Of a DNA stretch of 32,000 bases, positions 1 through 10,684 are shown in pieces. Position 1 is the stretch's first letter. Every line of letters starts with the position of its first letter. The notes under the pieces were generated by a model. It searched no databases. It had not been told where the DNA came from and worked only from the letters and a program-made list of their open reading frames with translations. The DNA comes from Erysipelotrichaceae bacterium (GTDB lineage: Bacteria > Bacillota_I > Bacilli_A > Erysipelotrichales > Coprobacillaceae): the NCBI GenBank assembly GCA_028698185.1, contig JAQVDW010000007.1:51977-83976 (forward strand). The letters run 5' to 3'. Both the position numbers and the translations under genes were made by a program.

Positions 1-279
1 GTTCTGGCGATAGGTTTCATGAAACTCCCTGATTCCCCTGGCGTCAAGATCAATTCCATGATGTTTGACCATCAATTCACTCCGCAGATAACCGGCTTGC
101 TCCAGACTGATCGTCTTTGCCTGGCTCATCGGGAATACCTGGTCGGAAAACCGGCGGTATGACTGGTAGAGATTCCAGCACGCGGCGGGATCTTCGATTC
201 CCAATAGCTGACTGACTGTCTTTTTGAACGGGTCCATATAATCGTAAATCGTATCATCTAAATCGAATATGAATAACAT
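1..279 (-). CDS. HAD-superfamily hydrolase, N-terminal part (gene runs off the left window edge)
   Basis: Absent from the ORF track because it is open-ended. Minus-strand ATG at 279..277. Translation MLFIFDLDDTIYDYMDPFKK... carries HAD motif I DxDxT (FDLDDT). Confidence 0.6.
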   Translation of the reverse strand, partial: MLFIFDLDDTIYDYMDPFKKTVSQLLGIEDPAACWNLYQSYRRFSDQVFPMSQAKTISLEQAGYLRSELMVKHHGIDLDARGIREFHETYRQN

Positions 280-363
280 TTTTTTATACCTCGGACTTAA
301 TGATACCATAAATGGCGAAATTTGACATCATAAAATTTCCGATAGGCCCAAACCCGGCGGAAA

Positions 364-391
364 CAAAAAATCTAAGAACATTTTCTTAGAT
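364..391 (-). terminator. Intrinsic terminator after corA
   Basis: Minus strand reads ATCTAAGAA-aatg-TTCTTAGAT followed by TTTTTTG. The stem overlaps the corA stop codon. Confidence 0.6.
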
Positions 392-1335
392 CAGAGCATT
401 TTGCGCCGGCGCAATGTAATCAACACCAGAATCGAAATCGCCACGATGCCAAAGACGATAATGTAGAAGCCATATGGCGTGTTTGAAAGAGGCATCCATT
501 TGCCCGAGACATTCATACCATAGATTCCCGAAATGATTGTCGGGATGGACATCACCAGGGTCAGTGAAGTCAAAAGTTTCATCACATTGTTCAGGCGGTT
601 GTTGACAATGGTGGAGATAAGCTCGCGGGTACCGTTGATTATTATCCGGTAGATATTGGCCATCTCGATCGCCTGACGGTTTTCAATCATCGCGTCATCA
701 AGATAGTCCTTGTCTTCAGAGTACTGCTTGAGCCGTTCAAACCGGGTCAGCCGCTCGAGGACAAGCATATTGGCCGAAAGCGAGGTGGAAAAATAGACAA
801 GGTTGGATTCCAACTCGTGCAAGTCGATCAGGTCGGTGTTTTCCGTTTCCTTTTCGATTGCCCTTTTCTCAATCACGGTTCGCCGCTTGTCGATCAGCCG
901 CAGGTAGCTTTGATAGACGGATCCCGATTTGAGGATGATCAGATAGACAAAACGCATCGTCTTTTTCGTCGAGAAACCCTTGATCACGTTGCGCAAAAAT
1001 ATGTTCAGGACATTGTTTTCCTTGGAACAGACGGTGATGATGATATCGTCGACCAAAATGATTCCCAAAGGGATGGTTGTATAGGCCTGGCGGTTGTTAC
1101 GCATTTCCTCTAGAGGGACGTCGATCAACACAAGAGTGTAGTTGGGTTCGACCTGGACCCGGGAACTTTCTTCCTCATCGAGCGCCGCCCGCAGGTCGAC
1201 TAGATCGATATCGAAGTGCATCGCTATCTCATTAACCTCTTCGCGGGTCGGGGCAATAAGATTAATCCAGGATCCTGGTTCATAAACCGTTCTTTCAGTA
1301 ATCACATTTTCATCAGTACGATATATTTTTTTCAT
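391..1335 (-). CDS. corA: CorA-family Mg2+/Co2+ transporter
   Basis: YGMNV (GMN motif) lies between two C-terminal hydrophobic helices. Start moved to ATG 1335 (MKKIYRT), which has an AAGGAG RBS 9 nt upstream. Confidence 0.88.
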   Translation of the reverse strand: MKKIYRTDENVITERTVYEPGSWINLIAPTREEVNEIAMHFDIDLVDLRAALDEEESSRVQVEPNYTLVLIDVPLEEMRNNRQAYTTIPLGIILVDDIIITVCSKENNVLNIFLRNVIKGFSTKKTMRFVYLIILKSGSVYQSYLRLIDKRRTVIEKRAIEKETENTDLIDLHELESNLVYFSTSLSANMLVLERLTRFERLKQYSEDKDYLDDAMIENRQAIEMANIYRIIINGTRELISTIVNNRLNNVMKLLTSLTLVMSIPTIISGIYGMNVSGKWMPLSNTPYGFYIIVFGIVAISILVLITLRRRKML

Positions 1336-1403
1336 CTGACCATTCTCCTTTCTTTCCAAGTAATTATACTTCAATTTTCCCCGGCAAACAACCCAATATC
1401 ACC

Positions 1404-1433
1404 AAAAGAAAAAGATTAACCTTAAGTTAATCT
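1404..1433 (-). terminator. Intrinsic terminator after the ArpU-like gene
   Basis: Minus strand reads AGATTAAC-ttaag-GTTAATCT followed by TTTTCTTTTGG. It overlaps the TAG stop codon. Confidence 0.5.
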
Positions 1434-1824
1434 AGATGTAAAGATAGTAGAGCATCTCCTCCATAGCCCGCGTTTTGAGGCGGTAATAGGTCGAGCGCGA
1501 GTAAAGCTGCTCCCACCAGTCCCGGGCGCCGTTGTCCATGAACTCTGATTTGATGATGTTTTTAGACTCGAAGGTAAGGTTGGAAACGATGATTTCAAAC
1601 GACCTGATTATGCCCTTGAGTTCATCATAATCGTCGATCTTCTGGTTGAGCCGGTTGGCATATTGGTTGTTGACATAGGGACTTTTGGTCTGGGATACAC
1701 ACACCAGGCTGGTGGTTGGCATATACAGGTCATGCTCAAGATAAAACAATTTCGACTTGGCCTTGTGATAGGCCCGAAAAACATCTTTCAACTCGCGTTC
1801 TTTTTCCTTAAAAGTTAAACTCAT
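1432..1824 (-). CDS. Small ArpU/RinA-like (sigma-70 region-4-like) putative transcriptional regulator
   Basis: The ATG at 1824 (MSLTFKEKE) is preceded by AGGAGG. The C-terminal WWEQLYSRSTYYRLKTRAMEEML resembles the HTH tail (ys.styYR.K..A) of ArpU and MG284-type proteins. The family call is from memory only. Confidence 0.45.
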   Translation of the reverse strand: MSLTFKEKERELKDVFRAYHKAKSKLFYLEHDLYMPTTSLVCVSQTKSPYVNNQYANRLNQKIDDYDELKGIIRSFEIIVSNLTFESKNIIKSEFMDNGARDWWEQLYSRSTYYRLKTRAMEEMLYYLYI

Positions 1825-1936
1825 AAATTTTCCTCCTGTCTTATATGCATCCAGAAACAAACATTTACTTGTAAAACTTCCATTAATTACGATTTTTAGC
1901 CAATCCTGAACAAGACAGCATCAAAAATGCGGCAAT

Positions 1937-2671
1937 CTAGATGACAAAGCTTTCCACCAGCTGGTCGATTTGATCCTCGCTTAGTCCGATATCCATCAGA
2001 TAACCTCTCGCCGAACCGTAGTTTTCATAGAGATAGCCCAATAGAAAGATCATATTGTTGGGGTGGCTCGAGAGATATTGCTTGTTTCCATCTTCGACCA
2101 GATCCTCGAGATAAGGCATCATTTGAGCGATATGGGTGGCCGTCTCGCTGTAGTTCTTGACAATGTCATATTCGAAACATCCAACCAGATCCATCAGCAG
2201 CGCCGCGATGATGCCCGTGCGGTCCTTGCCTTGGGAGCAATGGAACAGGATGGTGTCATCCTGGTGTTTCAAAAAGATCTCAAACACCTTCTTGATCTGC
2301 CCTTTGGCCGCCTCCACGACAAAGCGGTAGTAGCCGGTGAGTTCATCGTAGTTTTTGATGGAATCATCGACATCTTCCAGTCTGCCAAGATCAAGCATAT
2401 CGACATGGTAATAGCTTATCTGCTCGAAATCGATCAGCTGGTTTGGCTGTTTCGACTGTTCGAAGCTTCCCCGCAGATCGACAACGACATCGACCCCATA
2501 ATCAAGAAGCGCGTCGAGATCCTTGCTGGTCAAAGTGGCGACATTGCTTGATCGCAGGTATTTGTGGGCCTTGGTATAGTAACCCGACTGGGTCTCGTAG
2601 CCTCCCAGGTCGCGGCAGTTTTTCAGGTTCGGTATTTTGATCAGTCTTTCTTCATTTGTAAGTTGCAACAT
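1937..2671 (-). CDS. Protein-tyrosine phosphatase (CX5R, Y_phosphatase3-like)
   Basis: Active-site loop HCSQGKDRTG is present. Start set at ATG 2671 (MLQLTNEE), which has a GGAGG RBS. Confidence 0.8.
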   Translation of the reverse strand: MLQLTNEERLIKIPNLKNCRDLGGYETQSGYYTKAHKYLRSSNVATLTSKDLDALLDYGVDVVVDLRGSFEQSKQPNQLIDFEQISYYHVDMLDLGRLEDVDDSIKNYDELTGYYRFVVEAAKGQIKKVFEIFLKHQDDTILFHCSQGKDRTGIIAALLMDLVGCFEYDIVKNYSETATHIAQMMPYLEDLVEDGNKQYLSSHPNNMIFLLGYLYENYGSARGYLMDIGLSEDQIDQLVESFVI

Positions 2672-2717
2672 AATGGTACCTCCGTTTTTCATTATAGCAT
2701 ACAAGCTGACAAAAACA

Positions 2718-2746
2718 TTGTCAAGAGAATGATTAGTCGGTATAAT
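2718..2746 (+). promoter_or_regulatory. Sigma-70 type promoter for the cyclophilin gene
   Basis: TTGTCA (2718..2723), a 17-nt spacer, then TATAAT (2741..2746), about 25 nt upstream of the GGAGG-ATG. Confidence 0.6.
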
Positions 2747-2770
2747 TAGATGTGAATTTGGAGGAATATC

Positions 2771-3388
2771 ATGAAAAAAGTATTGAGATTATTCGTCACA
2801 GCCGGTCTGGCATTAGCCCTGGCAGGTTGCGGCTCATCTTCATCATCATCTAATGCCGATCTCATTTCCGTCGCCAACACCGACACAATGACCGGCAAAG
2901 TCCATATCGCCATCGAGGTCCAGGACTATGGAACAATCAAGGCGGAACTCAACGCCGACATCGCTCCGGCAACCGTGACCAATTTCGTCAACCTGGCCAA
3001 CGAGGGATTCTATGACGGTCTGACATTCCACCGGGTCATCGAAGAATTCATGATCCAGGGTGGCGATCCGGCAGGCAACGGGACCGGCGGTTCCGAACTG
3101 AATGTCGAGGGTGAATTTTCAAGCAACAATATCGAAAATCCGCTGTCCCATACCCGCGGGGCGATTTCAATGGCCCGATCTTCGGCCTATGACTCGGCCT
3201 CATCGCAGTTTTTCATCGTCCAGGCAGATGCAACTTACCTAGATGGGGACTATGCGTGCTTTGGCTATGTTTATGAAGGAATGGACGTGGTCGACCAGAT
3301 TGCCGCCAATACAGCGGTTAGCGACAACAACGGCACCGTGGCTTCAGGGCAACAGCCGGTTATCACCTCAATCACCGTGATCGATTAA
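2771..3388 (+). CDS. Cyclophilin-type peptidyl-prolyl cis-trans isomerase, lipoprotein
   Basis: Signal peptide with lipobox LAGC. The cyclophilin core FHRVIEEFMIQGGDP is present. GGAGG RBS. Confidence 0.9.
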   Translation: MKKVLRLFVTAGLALALAGCGSSSSSSNADLISVANTDTMTGKVHIAIEVQDYGTIKAELNADIAPATVTNFVNLANEGFYDGLTFHRVIEEFMIQGGDPAGNGTGGSELNVEGEFSSNNIENPLSHTRGAISMARSSAYDSASSQFFIVQADATYLDGDYACFGYVYEGMDVVDQIAANTAVSDNNGTVASGQQPVITSITVID

Positions 3389-3411
3389 GACAAGCGCGCT
3401 TGTCTTTTTTT
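3389..3411 (+). terminator. Intrinsic terminator after the PPIase gene
   Basis: GACAAGC-gc-GCTTGTC followed by TTTTTTT. Confidence 0.7.
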
Positions 3412-3417
3412 CTCGTC

Positions 3418-3441
3418 AAAAAAAAGGACCTGACGGTCCTT
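3418..3441 (-). terminator. Intrinsic terminator after proS
   Basis: Minus strand reads GGACC-gtca-GGTCC followed by T8, directly after the TAA stop. Confidence 0.6.
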
Positions 3442-4878
3442 TTAATATGCTTTGGCAAAATAAACGACTTGATGGGCCGGTTTGCCGCAAATCGGACAAA
3501 CATCGCCAAATGGCTCTTCATCAGTCTTGATGCAGCGGGAAGTCGCCGCGGTATCTTCCTTGATTTTTTCCTCGCATTCAACGTCGCCACACCACATCAT
3601 CTTGACATAGCCACCTTTGATTTCCAGGACATCCTTGAACTCGTCATAAGTGCTCACTGGAGTGATATGGTCATTGAGATGGGCCAGGGCTTTTTGATAC
3701 ATCTGTTCATGAATCTCATCCAGCAAGGCGTTGATGGTGGCCGGAAGTTTTTCATCGAGGGCCACTTTCTCCTTCGAGCTGTCAATCCGTTTGGCCAGGA
3801 TGCATTCGCCGTTTTCGATGTCGCGTGGTCCCACTTCAAGACGCAATGGGATCCCCTGCATTTCCGCCTGGGCGAATTTCCATCCTGGTGATTTGTCGGA
3901 AGCATCAACTTCGACCCGGATTCCCTCAGCCTTGAGTAATGCCTTGAGCTCATCGGCCTTTTCAAGCACGCCGGCTTTTTGTTGCATTACCGGAACGATC
4001 ATGACCTGGATTGGAGCTACCCGAGGTGGCAGGACCAGACCGTTATTGTCACCATGGACCATGATGACCCCGCCGATCAGCCGGGTCGAAACGCCCCATG
4101 AAGTCTGGTAAGCATATTCCTGCTTGTTTTCTTTCGAAAGGAATTTGATATCGAATGCTTTGGCGAAACCGTCACCAAAGTAGTGCGATGTCCCTGATTG
4201 GAGTGCCTTGCCATCATGCATCAAAGCCTCGATCGTATATGATTCCTCGGCTCCGGCGAATTTCTCCTTGGGAGTCTTCAGACCGGTAACCATCGGGATT
4301 GCCAGCAGGTTTTTGGCCATGTTTTCATAGACCTTGAACATGCGCAGCGTCTCTTGATGAGCCTCATCGGCAGTGGCGTGGACCGTATGCCCTTCCTGCC
4401 ACAAAAACTCGCTGCCCCGCAAAAACGGGCGGGTTGTCTTTTCCCAACGCACGACCGAACACCATTGGTTGTAAAGCTTCGGCAAGTCGCGATAAGAGTT
4501 TACGATCTTTGCATAATGTTCGCAAAACAATGTTTCCGAAGTCGGACGGATAATCAGGTTCTCTTCAAGCTCATCGAGTCCCCCACGGGTCACCACCGCA
4601 CATTCGGGAGCGAATCCTTCAACGTGGTCGGCTTCTTTTTTAAGCAAAGATTCCGGAATCAAAAGGGGCAGGTAAACATTCTGATGACCTGTTTCCTTGA
4701 ATTGTTTGTTTAAGTGTTCCTGGATCAACTCCCAGATTGCATAACCATAGGGGCGGTAAATAATGAATCCTTTGACTGAGCTGTAATCCATCAGCTCCGC
4801 TTTTTTGCAGACGTCTGTATACCACTGGGCGAAATCCTCTTCCATGGAACAGATTGCATCATTTTTAATTTTTACCAT
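3442..4878 (-). CDS. proS: Proline--tRNA ligase, archaeal/eukaryote-like type with C-terminal zinc-binding domain
   Basis: 478 aa with class II core motifs. The C-terminus CGDVECEEK...CPICGKPAHQVVYFAKAY ends in Tyr, as is typical of this ProRS type. Confidence 0.93.
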   Translation of the reverse strand: MVKIKNDAICSMEEDFAQWYTDVCKKAELMDYSSVKGFIIYRPYGYAIWELIQEHLNKQFKETGHQNVYLPLLIPESLLKKEADHVEGFAPECAVVTRGGLDELEENLIIRPTSETLFCEHYAKIVNSYRDLPKLYNQWCSVVRWEKTTRPFLRGSEFLWQEGHTVHATADEAHQETLRMFKVYENMAKNLLAIPMVTGLKTPKEKFAGAEESYTIEALMHDGKALQSGTSHYFGDGFAKAFDIKFLSKENKQEYAYQTSWGVSTRLIGGVIMVHGDNNGLVLPPRVAPIQVMIVPVMQQKAGVLEKADELKALLKAEGIRVEVDASDKSPGWKFAQAEMQGIPLRLEVGPRDIENGECILAKRIDSSKEKVALDEKLPATINALLDEIHEQMYQKALAHLNDHITPVSTYDEFKDVLEIKGGYVKMMWCGDVECEEKIKEDTAATSRCIKTDEEPFGDVCPICGKPAHQVVYFAKAY

Positions 4879-4972
4879 AGGTGTCTCCTTTATTTCAATA
4901 CTATTATAATACTATAAATCACAAATATTTCAAGATTATCATTGTTTGGTCGCATAATTAAATCAAGACCAT

Positions 4973-4999
4973 CAAAAAAAGCATGGTCGCCCATGCTTT
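4973..4999 (-). terminator. Intrinsic terminator after the GH1 gene
   Basis: Minus strand reads AGCATGG-gcga-CCATGCT followed by TTTTTTT. Confidence 0.65.
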
Positions 5000-5003
5000 T
5001 AGA

Positions 5004-6479
<1,476 letters not shown>

Positions 6480-6539
6480 TCAACTAGATGATACCAAATT
6501 GAAACAAAATCGGCGGCTTTTTTTAAATTTAGAAAAAAA

Positions 6540-9500
6540 TCACCCTTCGACAATCTCGATCACGCTTTTCTCATTGTCTTTGCGCACAAGAATCTTGTTG
6601 TCGATCCGTTCTTTAAGCAGGTTGACATGGGAGATGATTCCAATCATCTGGTCCTCGAGCCTGATCGACTGGAGCGTATTGATGGCGATATTGAGCGAAT
6701 TGTCGTCAAGCGTTCCAAAGCCCTCGTCGATGAAGATTGAATTGAGCTCGACGCAGCCCGATTTGTCTTGGACCAGCCGCGACAGTCCGATTGCCAATGA
6801 AAGGGCGGCCTTGAAGGTTTCCCCGCCCGATAACGTCCGGGCCAGCCTTGTCTTCGAGTTCTCCCGGTCGAGGATGCCTAGCACGAAGCCGGATGTCGCC
6901 CTCTTGTTGTCGGGTTCGCTGGCGACAAACTGGTAACGTTCATTGGTCAGTTGTGAGAATATCACATTGGCATATTCGAGAAGTTCCTCGAAGTAAGAAT
7001 AGACAAGATAAGTTTCGAACGCCAGTTTTTTCTGGCCGGCCAGACTGCCTTTGGCAGTCTGGTAGAGATCGTAGTGGATCTGGTACCTTTCCTGGGCGCC
7101 CTGGCGGTTCTTGAGCCACTGAGAGATTTTCGTCGAGTCATTCTGTATTGTCAGCAACCGGCTGGAAATCGTTGCCAGCTCATCCTTGACTTTTGCTAGC
7201 AAATCTCTTTTCAAGGCGGCCTGGTCAACCAGGACCGCCGGATCACCCACCTGCTTGTTTTGGGTCTTGGCCTTGTACAATTCGATTGTCGATTCGACCT
7301 TGACCAGCGCCCGGTTGTATTGTTCGATTATTGACTCGAGCTCATTGATCCGGCCGATTTGATCGAAGGCGGCCTCGATGGTTTCCCTTGAATAATCCAA
7401 AAGGCTTAGTTCCCGTTCATAACCGATACGGTTTTTCTCATTGGTGATTTCCAGCTGATCCTTCTGGCCGGATTTTTCCTGCAATGACGTTTCAATTCGG
7501 GTAATCTGGTTTAGCGCCAAGTGGTAACTGTCCTGGTTGGCGGCAATCCTGTCTTCCAATGATTTCGCCGCTTCCTGGTGGGCCCGGATGTCGTTTTCAA
7601 GCTCCTCTTGGGTTCTGGAAATCTTTGGCAATTCGTCGAGTTGGCCTTGCAATGATGAAATGACCCCATTGAGTCTTTCGACCTCGCTGTTGTGGCTTGT
7701 CAATGCAACCGCATCATCAGCCATTGCCTGTTCGAGTTTGGCCTGTTTTTCCTTAGTGGCATCAAGTTGCCTGAAATATCCGTTGATCTGTGCCATTTTC
7801 TCATTGGCAGCCTTGAGATCCAGCCTGTTTTTTTCTAGAAGCAGATCATAGTCGTCGATGTTGCCTAGCTCCTGTTTGAACGTTTCGAGCTTTTCGTAAA
7901 CGTTTTTAAGTTTGCCGTTCAAATCACCAGCCGCCGCTACCGCTTCGTTTAGCTCGCTTTGGAGTTCATCCTGTTCTTGTTGGAGCGCATCAAGATGCTC
8001 CTGGGAGATGTCGCTTTCAAGCAACGGCGCTACTTGGGGGTGATTCAAGGAACCGCAGACCGGACAGGGCTCGTTGTCTTTCAGGGAAGCGGCGATATAC
8101 CCGATGGCATATTCGTTTTTCCTTTTTTGCGCCTGAGCAAAGACCAGCTTGGCTTGCTTGAGAGCATCGTCAAGCGTCTCATAACGTTTCAAGGCGGATA
8201 GATGTTGCTCCTTGATTCTTGTTTCATTTTCCTTTTCCTTGAGGCAGGATTGGATTGTCGATGCCTGCCTTGTCAGCCGGTCGATTTCATTTTGCCATTT
8301 GATTCTGCCTGTGGCCATATCGGTCTCTTTTTCAAGATACTGCTTCAATGCGGCCAGGTTTGTCTGGTTGTTTTTCTGGTTTTCCAGCAGGGTATCGATT
8401 TTGCCGCAAAGACACTTGTTTCTTTGCGTAAAGGCGGCTATATCGTCCTTTACCGAGCGAATCTTGTCCAGCTGGATTCTTTTTTGCTCCAGTTCATTGG
8501 CGGTTGCCTGATGGACTCTTATCTGTTGCTGGTAGAGCTCCTTGCTGTCCACTTCTTTTTTGAGCTCTTTGATCTTTTCCTTGTTTCCTTCAAGCTCGGA
8601 GTTCAGATTGCTTATTGTGGCAACCAGGGTGGCAATATCCCGGCTGGTGTTTTGGATCAGCTCATGGGCCGGTTTGACTTTGGCGGCAGCCTTGAGCAAC
8701 GAAAGCTGGTCTTCGAGCGTGATGTCCCGACTCGAAAGCAGCTGGCTTTTGTCCTCGATGGCCTCTTTGAGCGCATCAAAAAGGGAGTTGATTTCATTGA
8801 TCTCGCGCACCTGTTTGTCGAGGGCGGCCAGTTCATTTTCAAGCTCGCCGACTTGGAGTTCAAGTGCTTTTTTGTCACTTTCGTATTCGCCTTGTTTCTG
8901 TTCGAACTGCTCGACTATCTTGGCGTCATCACCTTGATTTTGGAACTCGTACAATTCAAGCATGTCGACGATATTGTCGTTGAAACGGGTATGGTCGGAC
9001 TTTGCGGCCCCGTATTCTTGAGATAGCATCGTGGTGAAATCGTTCATATTAGGAATCTTGAAAAGCTTCTTGAGGATCTCGGTCCGCTTGGAGTCGCTCT
9101 GGGTGATCAGGGCCATGAACTCATTTTGGGCGATCATCACGATCTGGGAGAACTCGTCATAGTTGACCCCGACAATCGAGGCGATGTCATTGTCGCCGTC
9201 GAACCTCAGTTCCTGGTCATCGAGAAAGAACTGGTAGCTCGCGGCGATTTTCTTGTCCTTGTCAGCCAGCCTCTGAATCTGGGCGGGAATCCGCTTTATC
9301 CTGGCTATCGAGGAATTGATCTTGAAGCTGTAATCGACATATGTCAGCTGGTCCGTGGCCATGACGTTGCGCAGGTCCTTGCTTGTCCGGTTGTTGCCGC
9401 TGGTCTTGTTATATAGAGCGAAGGCTATCGCATCGAATATCATCGTCTTTCCCGATCCGGTATCGCCGCTTACAAGATATATGCCGTTTCCATCAAGACG

Positions 9501-9569
9501 GGTGAAATCAATCTCGACCTTGCCGAGATAAGGCCCAAAGGCGCTAAGTTCCAGTTTCAAAGGTTTCAT
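6540..9569 (-). CDS. sbcC: SbcC/Rad50-type ATPase subunit of the SbcCD nuclease
   Basis: Walker A GDTGSGKT, a long coiled coil with a central CPVCG zinc hook, signature LSGGETF, and Walker B IFIDEGFGTLD. The ATG overlaps the sbcD TGA (ATGA). Confidence 0.9.
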   Translation of the reverse strand: MKPLKLELSAFGPYLGKVEIDFTRLDGNGIYLVSGDTGSGKTMIFDAIAFALYNKTSGNNRTSKDLRNVMATDQLTYVDYSFKINSSIARIKRIPAQIQRLADKDKKIAASYQFFLDDQELRFDGDNDIASIVGVNYDEFSQIVMIAQNEFMALITQSDSKRTEILKKLFKIPNMNDFTTMLSQEYGAAKSDHTRFNDNIVDMLELYEFQNQGDDAKIVEQFEQKQGEYESDKKALELQVGELENELAALDKQVREINEINSLFDALKEAIEDKSQLLSSRDITLEDQLSLLKAAAKVKPAHELIQNTSRDIATLVATISNLNSELEGNKEKIKELKKEVDSKELYQQQIRVHQATANELEQKRIQLDKIRSVKDDIAAFTQRNKCLCGKIDTLLENQKNNQTNLAALKQYLEKETDMATGRIKWQNEIDRLTRQASTIQSCLKEKENETRIKEQHLSALKRYETLDDALKQAKLVFAQAQKRKNEYAIGYIAASLKDNEPCPVCGSLNHPQVAPLLESDISQEHLDALQQEQDELQSELNEAVAAAGDLNGKLKNVYEKLETFKQELGNIDDYDLLLEKNRLDLKAANEKMAQINGYFRQLDATKEKQAKLEQAMADDAVALTSHNSEVERLNGVISSLQGQLDELPKISRTQEELENDIRAHQEAAKSLEDRIAANQDSYHLALNQITRIETSLQEKSGQKDQLEITNEKNRIGYERELSLLDYSRETIEAAFDQIGRINELESIIEQYNRALVKVESTIELYKAKTQNKQVGDPAVLVDQAALKRDLLAKVKDELATISSRLLTIQNDSTKISQWLKNRQGAQERYQIHYDLYQTAKGSLAGQKKLAFETYLVYSYFEELLEYANVIFSQLTNERYQFVASEPDNKRATSGFVLGILDRENSKTRLARTLSGGETFKAALSLAIGLSRLVQDKSGCVELNSIFIDEGFGTLDDNSLNIAINTLQSIRLEDQMIGIISHVNLLKERIDNKILVRKDNEKSVIEIVEG

Positions 9570-10684
9570 CGGTTGTCACTCCTTTCAAAAAATTCAGCAA
9601 CGATCTTTTCCTGCGTTTCATCCATCGCCTTGCCATCATGCATCAAGGCATAGAAATCGCAAAAAAGTTCGGCTACGCTTGCACTTTTCTTGGGCTTTTT
9701 CATGATAGTGTCGCCATCTAGCGCGATCGGCTTTGAGTATCTTACTTGCATGATGTCGGGGTAAATCAGCTTGAGCCGGTCCCGGGCGTTCAGAATCAGC
9801 CGGTCGTCTTCAAGGACAATCGAGACATAGTCGTTCGAATTGGCCATTTCTGAGCGGTTGAGCCGGTCGAACGTGCCGGTTATCTCCACGAGCTTTTTAA
9901 TCGGTTCGAGTGGTACATGCTCGATTGTCACCTGCTTGTTCGCGATGGTCACCACCGGCACCGCTTTGATCTGGTGGATCTCATCGAAAGACAGCGCCAT
10001 CAAAGACGAACCATAGCGGCATTCCGGCCTTTTCAATGATAGGCTGCCATGGAGATGGCCCAAGGCGCAGTAGTCGAAATCATCGATCAGGTCGACCCCG
10101 ATCATCTCGCTGTTGCCCACGGAAAAGGCGCCGGCCAGATCGTTTTCCTTGAGCGCCTCAAACGAGCTCCCGAAAAACTGATGGGCAACCAGGACCGTGT
10201 TCCTGCTGTAGTCAATGTCCTGTGCCTGGAGATAATACCGATAGGCGTCATTGTAGTTGTGGACATCGACATCGAAAAGAAGCCGGACATCGATCGGCTT
10301 TAAAAAAGGCAGCAGATAGAAGTCCACTTCATCGATGGTTATTTTAGCCATTTCCCTGGTGATTTCGCCGACTAGATAGACGCCGCTGCTGGCGACCAGG
10401 TCGCTCAGGTATTCCAGCCGGGCAGGCCCGTCATGGTTCCCGGCGATAATCAGGACCTTGAGATTGGCGGCGACGGCCTTTACCAGAAAGTCCTTGAAGA
10501 CTTTCAGAGCGTCATTGGGGGCGATGGCCCGATCGAAGACATCCCCGGCGATAACGATGGCATCGGCCTCTTTTTCCCTGGCCAGTCTTAGAACCTGGTC
10601 CATTAGGTCTGCCTGGATTTCAAGCAGGCTTGTATTGAACAGATATTTGCCGATATGCAGATCGGCTAGATGGATGAATCTCAT
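9566..10684 (-). CDS. sbcD: SbcD/Mre11-type nuclease subunit
   Basis: Calcineurin-like phosphoesterase motifs are present: HLADLHIG, GDVFD, GNHD and GHLH. Start set at ATG 10684 (MRFIHL), which has a GGAGG RBS. Confidence 0.9.
   Translation of the reverse strand: MRFIHLADLHIGKYLFNTSLLEIQADLMDQVLRLAREKEADAIVIAGDVFDRAIAPNDALKVFKDFLVKAVAANLKVLIIAGNHDGPARLEYLSDLVASSGVYLVGEITREMAKITIDEVDFYLLPFLKPIDVRLLFDVDVHNYNDAYRYYLQAQDIDYSRNTVLVAHQFFGSSFEALKENDLAGAFSVGNSEMIGVDLIDDFDYCALGHLHGSLSLKRPECRYGSSLMALSFDEIHQIKAVPVVTIANKQVTIEHVPLEPIKKLVEITGTFDRLNRSEMANSNDYVSIVLEDDRLILNARDRLKLIYPDIMQVRYSKPIALDGDTIMKKPKKSASVAELFCDFYALMHDGKAMDETQEKIVAEFFERSDNR

Noticed and set aside
4879-4972. Expected T-box leader upstream of proS.
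   Set aside because: Only about 90 nt separate proS from the upstream terminator. A promoter-like TTGAAA...TATAAT lies about 20-30 nt from the RBS, which leaves no room for a T-box of about 200 nt.
8202-9026. 274-aa plus-strand ORF inside sbcC, together with neighbouring plus-strand ORFs at 7537..7851, 8212..8511 and 8542..8937.
   Set aside because: They are antisense to a coiled-coil gene rich in E, K, L and Q codons, whose complement is naturally stop-poor. The products are low-complexity (L/F/S-rich), have no RBS, and lie entirely within a well-supported gene.
6540-10684. SbcC/SbcD-like pair as a possible SMC-type anti-phage or anti-plasmid defence system.
   Set aside because: The gene sizes, the Mre11-type phosphoesterase motifs, the CxxC zinc hook and the ATGA-coupled two-gene layout are those of housekeeping SbcCD. 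No extra defence-type partners are present.
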